Source: an uncultured Bacteroidota bacterium
GTDB taxonomy: Bacteria; Bacteroidota; Bacteroidia; NS11-12g; UBA9320
Assembly (NCBI GenBank): GCA_913050005.1
Contig: CAJXBI010000001.1
Span: 16,566-80,565, forward strand
Length of the DNA stretch: 64,000 nucleotides
Reading direction: 5' to 3'
Both the position numbers and the translations under genes were made by a program. Positions 58,934 through 64,000 of the stretch are shown here, piece by piece. The notes beneath the pieces were generated by a model. That model made no database searches, was not told the origin of the DNA, and worked only from the letters and a program-made list of their open reading frames with translations. Positions within the stretch are counted from its first letter, which is position 1; each line of letters starts with the position of its first letter.

Positions 58934-59743
58934 ATGGATAACGCATTTAAAAAAATTCTGATTGCATTTGACGGAAGTGACTCTTCAAAATCTGCTCTTC
59001 AAAGTGCCTATGGAGTTGCTCATAAATTCAATTCTGATATGACAGCTCTTGTTGTGTCAGAGGATGACATAAACCTCGAGACAAGTAAATCATATTTGGA
59101 GCAATTTGCAGAAAACAAGCGGCTGAACATTGAAATCATTGAACGATCTGGGGCAGTGTATGATGAGGTTATTAAACTGGAACTAGAGCACAATTATAGC
59201 CTTATACTCATTGGTACGCACGGAACTAGTGGTTGGAAGCCTTTGTGGATGGGAGGGAATGCATTTAAGGTAATAAGCAGTTCTACTTGTCCGGTTATCA
59301 GTGTGCCCGAAAAGTCATCCTCACCTGAATTGAATCATATTCTATTGCCTTTAGTAGATTCTAATACAACTCGCCAAAAAGTACCTTATTGTATTAAATT
59401 AGCAAAAGCTTTTGGCTCGACAGTTCATATCTTGGGAATATCTAAAAGTGATTCTTCAGAAACCCAAAAACATGTTCGTGCATATGTAAAACAAACGATA
59501 AATTATCTTTCAACAAGGGGAGTAAAATGCACACATGAAGAAAAATACGGAGTCAACGTACCAGAAACATGTATTAGCTACGGTGAAGAAGTTAATGCTG
59601 GTTTAATGCTTATTATGACGGAAACGGAGAGTGCAGGTTTATTTATGGGAACCTATGCTCAGCAGTTAGTTAACAGTAGTACAATCCCCGTAATGAGTAT
59701 TCACTTTAGGGATACTAGATTAGCAGGTGCTGCAGGTTATTAA
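58934..59743 (+). CDS. Universal stress protein, tandem UspA domains
   Basis: KKILIAFDGS, LIGTHGTSG, MGGNA..VI..STCPV; second domain ILLPLV...GTYAQQLVN...PVMSI; start set at ATG 58934. Confidence 0.9.
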   Translation: MDNAFKKILIAFDGSDSSKSALQSAYGVAHKFNSDMTALVVSEDDINLETSKSYLEQFAENKRLNIEIIERSGAVYDEVIKLELEHNYSLILIGTHGTSGWKPLWMGGNAFKVISSSTCPVISVPEKSSSPELNHILLPLVDSNTTRQKVPYCIKLAKAFGSTVHILGISKSDSSETQKHVRAYVKQTINYLSTRGVKCTHEEKYGVNVPETCISYGEEVNAGLMLIMTETESAGLFMGTYAQQLVNSSTIPVMSIHFRDTRLAGAAGY

Positions 59744-59744
59744 T

Positions 59745-60506
59745 TTATAAACCTTTGTTTCGAATGATTTCTCCCGCAGCTGGTTGTGCAGTGGGCATAA
59801 TTATTAATTCATTAATGTTAACGTGTTTTGGTCGGTTAATAGTAAACCAAATAGCATCCGCAATATCTTGAGCTACTAAATTTTCAAAACCAACATATAC
59901 GTTTTTAGCTTTTTCAGTGTTGCCATCCAGACGTACAATGGAAAATTCTGTTTCAACAGCTCCAGGGTTTATGCTCGTAACGCGAACACCAAATTGTGCA
60001 AGCTCTTTACGCATAGCCTTGTTCAGAGCATCTACCATATGCTTTGTGCCACAGTAAACATTACCATTTAGGTATACCTCTTTTCCAGCAATCGAACCAA
60101 TATTAATGATATGACCTTGGTTTTTTTTAAGTATGGGAGTCATGTATTTTGTCATATGAAGCAATCCTTTGATATTGGTATCAATCATACGATTCCAATG
60201 ATCAATGCTACCAGATTCAATGCTATTTAATCCTGCCGCTAATCCAGCATTATTTATTAAGACATCAATAGACAACCACTCTGAAGACAAATTAGCAATG
60301 TATTTCTCCACCTCTTCATGATTTCGAATATCAATATGCATGATTTTCGTTTTGATACCATATTGATTGGTGAATTTTCTACTTTGTTCTTCAAGACGAT
60401 CATTTCGACGACCATTCAATATCAAATCGTAGCCATTTTTAGCAAGTATTTGAGCTGCTGCAGCACCTATCCCTGCTGTTGTTCCTGTGATTAGTGCTAT
60501 GGACAT
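59745..60506 (-). CDS. SDR family NAD(P)-dependent oxidoreductase (YdfG-like)
   Basis: ITGTTAGIG, NNAGLA.G, GSIAG, YCGTK, PGAVETEFS..R, RPKHVNI. Confidence 0.92.
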   Translation of the reverse strand: MSIALITGTTAGIGAAAAQILAKNGYDLILNGRRNDRLEEQSRKFTNQYGIKTKIMHIDIRNHEEVEKYIANLSSEWLSIDVLINNAGLAAGLNSIESGSIDHWNRMIDTNIKGLLHMTKYMTPILKKNQGHIINIGSIAGKEVYLNGNVYCGTKHMVDALNKAMRKELAQFGVRVTSINPGAVETEFSIVRLDGNTEKAKNVYVGFENLVAQDIADAIWFTINRPKHVNINELIIMPTAQPAAGEIIRNKGL

Positions 60507-61276
60507 TATTTACCTTTCAACATATTAAGTATTGCTTCATCTGTCATTTCAAGCATTCCTGAATTCAGAATTTCTTCAACTTCCGGAGCTTTTTCATCAT
60601 TGGGATATTCTTCTAAAAATTGAGTGTAATATTTTTTTGCTAGATTGGTGTCTTCAAGATATTCCCATGCAATGAACCCAGCTCGATAAACTAGGTTATT
60701 CCTATTTTCGAATTTGGGCCATTTTACAATAGCATTATCTAATGTTCTAACTGCATCACCAAAGCGACTAACAGCAGTATATCCCATAGTAAGGTTTTCA
60801 AAATCTTTTGGTCTCAGAATTATGGTAGCATCTGAAATTTTATTTTGATACAATTTAATTACATCTTGCCATTGGGCAGGTGTTGGTAAATTTTTATCCA
60901 ATATTTCATTAATTAAATCTTGAGACTGCTCATATTGGTTTGTACGACTATACATGATAGCCAAATTGATGGCTGCATTTCTATATCGATTGGAACTATC
61001 GTCACGAGTAATGTACTCAGATAATAATTGAATAGATACTGACGTGTCATTTTCATAGAAATAATATTGACCAGCTGCGTATAAAAAATTATTTGCTTCT
61101 GTGTCAGAATAAGCTAATCCATAGTTTCTATGGAGTATGGCCAATTCCTTGAGTCCTTCTTGAGTCCCTGTTTTTTCTGATTTCTCAAAGGCTTGAATTT
61201 CTGCTAATTGAGATTCTTGGTTTTGACTACATCCTAAAATGAGCAGGAGTAGTAAAATAAATGGTGTTTTTTTCAT
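60506..61276 (-). CDS. TPR-repeat lipoprotein
   Basis: Lipobox LILGC; helical TPR-like repeats ending AKKYYTQFLEEYPNDEKA. Confidence 0.72.
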   Translation of the reverse strand: MKKTPFILLLLLILGCSQNQESQLAEIQAFEKSEKTGTQEGLKELAILHRNYGLAYSDTEANNFLYAAGQYYFYENDTSVSIQLLSEYITRDDSSNRYRNAAINLAIMYSRTNQYEQSQDLINEILDKNLPTPAQWQDVIKLYQNKISDATIILRPKDFENLTMGYTAVSRFGDAVRTLDNAIVKWPKFENRNNLVYRAGFIAWEYLEDTNLAKKYYTQFLEEYPNDEKAPEVEEILNSGMLEMTDEAILNMLKGK

Positions 61277-61279
61277 GTC

Positions 61280-61647
61280 CTAAAATTGGTAGGTTCGCAA
61301 AAGTACTAATGTACATGCATTTAGTGTTTGTATATCTTTTTTTTGAGCCATTCGAACTAGTTCTTCGTTTTCAGTTCCGGGATAAAAATGTTTCTTTTTG
61401 GGTTAAGATCTATAATTTTTTGATTGTATTGCTCTTGCAATTTGGGATTTATATACAATGTTATCGTATCAAACGACTCTTTTTCAGGCCATTGGTTTTG
61501 AATTTCTAATGTACCAATTGTTCCTTTTTTTACACCATACGGAATAACCTCATGATTATGTTCCTGCAGTATTTGAGTAGCTTTAAAACCATAGCTGTCC
61601 ATTCTTGGTGTTGCACCAATTACCAATGTTCTTTTACTCACCGGCAT
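61280..61647 (-). pseudogene. CoA-binding protein (YccU-like), split by a 1-nt frameshift
   Basis: Frame 1 gives TLVIGA...DTITLYINP...LNPKRNIF; after a -1 shift near 61382-61388 it continues PGTENEELVRMAQKKDIQTLNACTLVLLRTYQF to TAG 61282-61280. The family motif F-N-PGTEN is restored by one extra base. Confidence 0.8.
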
Positions 61648-62980
61648 AACCGAGGTAGTTGAATGGAGTAATTTTGCTTATTTCCATTTTAATAGCATCT
61701 GAAACTGCCAATTTCTCTACAAATGCAGAAATACTCAGCTTGTTAATGCCGTTATGGGTTCTTGTTAGATCCTTTAATAGTTCATAGGCTCCTTCAACTT
61801 TTTCTCGTCTGAGGATAGTTTGAATAGCTTCTGCTACAACGGCCCAATTTTTGTCTAAATCTGCATGTATAGCTTCGTTGTTTAAAATGAGCTTACCCAT
61901 ACCTTTATTCAAACTTTTAAGAGCAATTAATGTGTGCGATAAAGGAACTCCAATATTTCTTAATACTGTACTATCTGTTAAATCTCTTTGAAGTCTACTA
62001 ATGGGAAGCTTATTACTCAAGTGATCGAACAAGGCATTTGCAATACCCATGTTTCCTTCTGCATTTTCAAAATCAATTGGATTTACTTTATGAGGCATGG
62101 CACTTGACCCTACCTCACCAGCAACAATTTTCTGTTTAAAAAAATCCATACTGATGTACTGCCAGATATCTTTAGCAAAATCCATTAAAATAATATTAAT
62201 TCGTCTTAATGCATCGAATACAGCAGCTAATTGGTCGTAGTGATCAATTTGAGTGGTAGGATAACTTCTGACTAACCCTAAATCATTAACTAGCCGATCA
62301 CCAAAATCGGGCCAGTTAACATCTGGGAAAGCCAGTCTGTGAGCATTGAATGCACCAGTTGCACCACCAAATTTTGCACTGATTGGAGTATTAATGAGGG
62401 TTTCTAATTGAATTTGGATACGTTTTGCAAAAACAGCAAATTCTTTTCCCACTGTAGTAGGAGTAGCTGCCTGTCCATGAGTCCTACTTAATAAGGGGAT
62501 ATTTTTCCATTCATTAGCAAAAGAGACTATTTTTTCCAAAACGTTTTTGATAGCAGGTATTATCACTTCATCGATACCTAGCTGTAAACTAAATGGAACA
62601 GCAGTATTATTAATATCTTGGCTAGTCAACCCAAAGTGAACAAATTCACTGTAAGGTTCAATTGGTGTTCCTTTGATTTTATTTTTAATAAAATACTCAA
62701 CAGCCTTCACATCGTGATTAGTTGTTTTTTCAATTTCCTTAATTTCTTGAGTATCTTTTTCGTTAAAATTTTGATAGATGGCTCTCAAAAAAATTTGATT
62801 TTCCTCAGGTAATAAAGGAAAGGGCTTTAATTCTAATTGAGATAATGAGATAAAATATTCAATTTCGATCCAAACCCGGTATTTGAATAGACCGTATTCG
62901 GAAAAATAAGGTGCCAATTCATTTACTTTATTGTGGTATCTCCCATCGATAGGACTGATTGCTGAAAGTGGTGAAAGCAT
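61634..62980 (-). CDS. purB: Adenylosuccinate lyase
   Basis: AISPIDGRY, TNHDVKAVEY, HFGLTSQDIN, RTHGQ, GSSAMPHKVNPIDFEN, SRLQRDLTDST; start ATG 62980. Confidence 0.98.
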   Translation of the reverse strand: MLSPLSAISPIDGRYHNKVNELAPYFSEYGLFKYRVWIEIEYFISLSQLELKPFPLLPEENQIFLRAIYQNFNEKDTQEIKEIEKTTNHDVKAVEYFIKNKIKGTPIEPYSEFVHFGLTSQDINNTAVPFSLQLGIDEVIIPAIKNVLEKIVSFANEWKNIPLLSRTHGQAATPTTVGKEFAVFAKRIQIQLETLINTPISAKFGGATGAFNAHRLAFPDVNWPDFGDRLVNDLGLVRSYPTTQIDHYDQLAAVFDALRRINIILMDFAKDIWQYISMDFFKQKIVAGEVGSSAMPHKVNPIDFENAEGNMGIANALFDHLSNKLPISRLQRDLTDSTVLRNIGVPLSHTLIALKSLNKGMGKLILNNEAIHADLDKNWAVVAEAIQTILRREKVEGAYELLKDLTRTHNGINKLSISAFVEKLAVSDAIKMEISKITPFNYLGYAGE

Positions 62981-63143
62981 GGTGCAAATCAACATCATTT
63001 TTTTCACTTTGGTGGCATTTGCAAACGATATCCATGTAATATTTATGGAATAGCTACAGTAAAATTATAGTAGGATGAGTTAAGATTCGTTAGTGAATTA
63101 ATGTTTCAACTATTAGTATCCATTTCTGATTACCTTTGCTATC

Positions 63144-64000
63144 ATGAGGAAATACATTCTTTTAAACGTTTTTGTCTTATATACCGTTTTTGTACAAGCT
63201 CAACTTACCCTGTCTTCATCTACAATTGAATTTGGGGATGTACTAACCACAGAAGAAAAGGAAATAGCTGTAGATATTACGAACAAGAATACCTATCCAG
63301 TTAAGGTGGAGAATGCGGTGTTACATTCAGCTGATTTTACGTGTTCTGTGGTAAATACCGAAATTGGGGTTGGAGGAACTGAAAAGGTTCGCGTTAAGTT
63401 TAAACCTAGACATAACATTGCCTATAATTCAGAATTGATTATCGTTTTGGATGATGGTGCAGAGTATCGAGTAGATATTCAAGGAGACGGAAGATATGAA
63501 GATACTTACTATTCGTCAACTTTTAACAAAAGTTACCAAGATTTAAAAGATGAGTTAAAGTCTATTCTGGCCAAAAATTATCTAAACTTAGGATATACCA
63601 ATGCTCGAGACAATATGTATGGAGATATTGATAATCAAGATGGTAAAGTGACTTGTGTATATACTGGAAGAGAGTCTAAATTTAATACAAGAAGTGGTGC
63701 TAACGCAAATAGTATGAATTGTGAACATACATGGCCGCAAAGTTTCGGTAGTTCCAACGAACCAGAGCGAGCAGACATTCATCACTTATTTCCAACTGAT
63801 GGAGGTACGAATAGCCGTAGAGGTAATAATCCATTTGGTCTAGTAACTAATCCAAGTTGGACCGGTGGTGGGAGTAAATTAGGCGGAGGTTTATTTGAAC
63901 CTAGAGATGAACATAAAGGAGCTGTAGCCCGAGCTATGCTGTATTTTGCCATACGCTATCAAAATTATAATAATTTTCTTGACGCTCAAGAAGGTATTCT
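63144..64000 (+). CDS. Secreted endonuclease I (EndA/Vvn-like) with N-terminal Ig-like domain, 3'-truncated (not in ORF track)
   Basis: MRKYILLNVFVLYTVFVQAQ signal; IEFGDV...ITN...V.FKP Ig-like segment; nuclease motifs NCEHTWPQS, DIHHLFPT...NSRRGN, EPRDEHKGAVARAMLYF; TACCTTTG 5 nt before the ATG; open to the window end. Confidence 0.9.
   Translation, partial: MRKYILLNVFVLYTVFVQAQLTLSSSTIEFGDVLTTEEKEIAVDITNKNTYPVKVENAVLHSADFTCSVVNTEIGVGGTEKVRVKFKPRHNIAYNSELIIVLDDGAEYRVDIQGDGRYEDTYYSSTFNKSYQDLKDELKSILAKNYLNLGYTNARDNMYGDIDNQDGKVTCVYTGRESKFNTRSGANANSMNCEHTWPQSFGSSNEPERADIHHLFPTDGGTNSRRGNNPFGLVTNPSWTGGGSKLGGGLFEPRDEHKGAVARAMLYFAIRYQNYNNFLDAQEGI

Noticed and set aside
122-63785. Many short antisense or alternate-frame ORFs in the track (e.g. 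1287-1676, 7449-7943, 8438-8779, 10869-11237, 25083-25460, 32407-32847, 44264-44617, 63588-63785)
   Set aside because: They lie on top of well-supported genes, show no recognisable motifs, and look like shadow ORFs; 7449-7943 is simply the mirror of the low-complexity L17 tail.
1-64000. CRISPR arrays, tRNA/rRNA genes, IS elements, prophage or defence systems
   Set aside because: No spaced direct repeats, cloverleafs, transposase, integrase, phage or defence-domain ORFs seen; almost all of the sequence is explained by housekeeping genes.

Overview
A 64-kb, AT-rich, very gene-dense core-genome segment from a Bacteroidota bacterium. The phylum call rests on TAnnTTTG -7 promoter boxes, absent Shine-Dalgarno motifs, fused SecDF, a T9SS-type cargo protein and Bacteroidota-type SdhCAB, TopA and LptD. 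The window holds the distal spc and alpha ribosomal operons (rplE to rplQ, including rpmD and rpmJ, which the ORF track missed), a TetR-TolC-MFP-RND efflux operon, udk, secDF, an archaeal-type PGI/PMI, aroB-aroA-aroC, an M43 protease coupled to topA, speA plus a deoxyhypusine-synthase-like gene, uvrA, rlmF, lptD/mlaD, pyrD, sdhCAB-ribE, recG, dnaE, purB and a truncated secreted endonuclease I. I saw no tRNA, rRNA, CRISPR, mobile element, prophage or defence island, and no convincing novel multi-gene system. The best leads are small: (1) a stand-alone ~90-nt structured transcript with its own promoter and terminator downstream of secDF; (2) uvrA with no canonical start codon upstream of its conserved N-terminus; (3) recurring promoter boxes only 4-6 nt before start codons; (4) speA paired with a DHS-like gene without an adjacent agmatinase; (5) a frameshifted CoA-binding gene; (6) a candidate TetR operator. 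All calls come from reading motifs by eye; no database searches were run.
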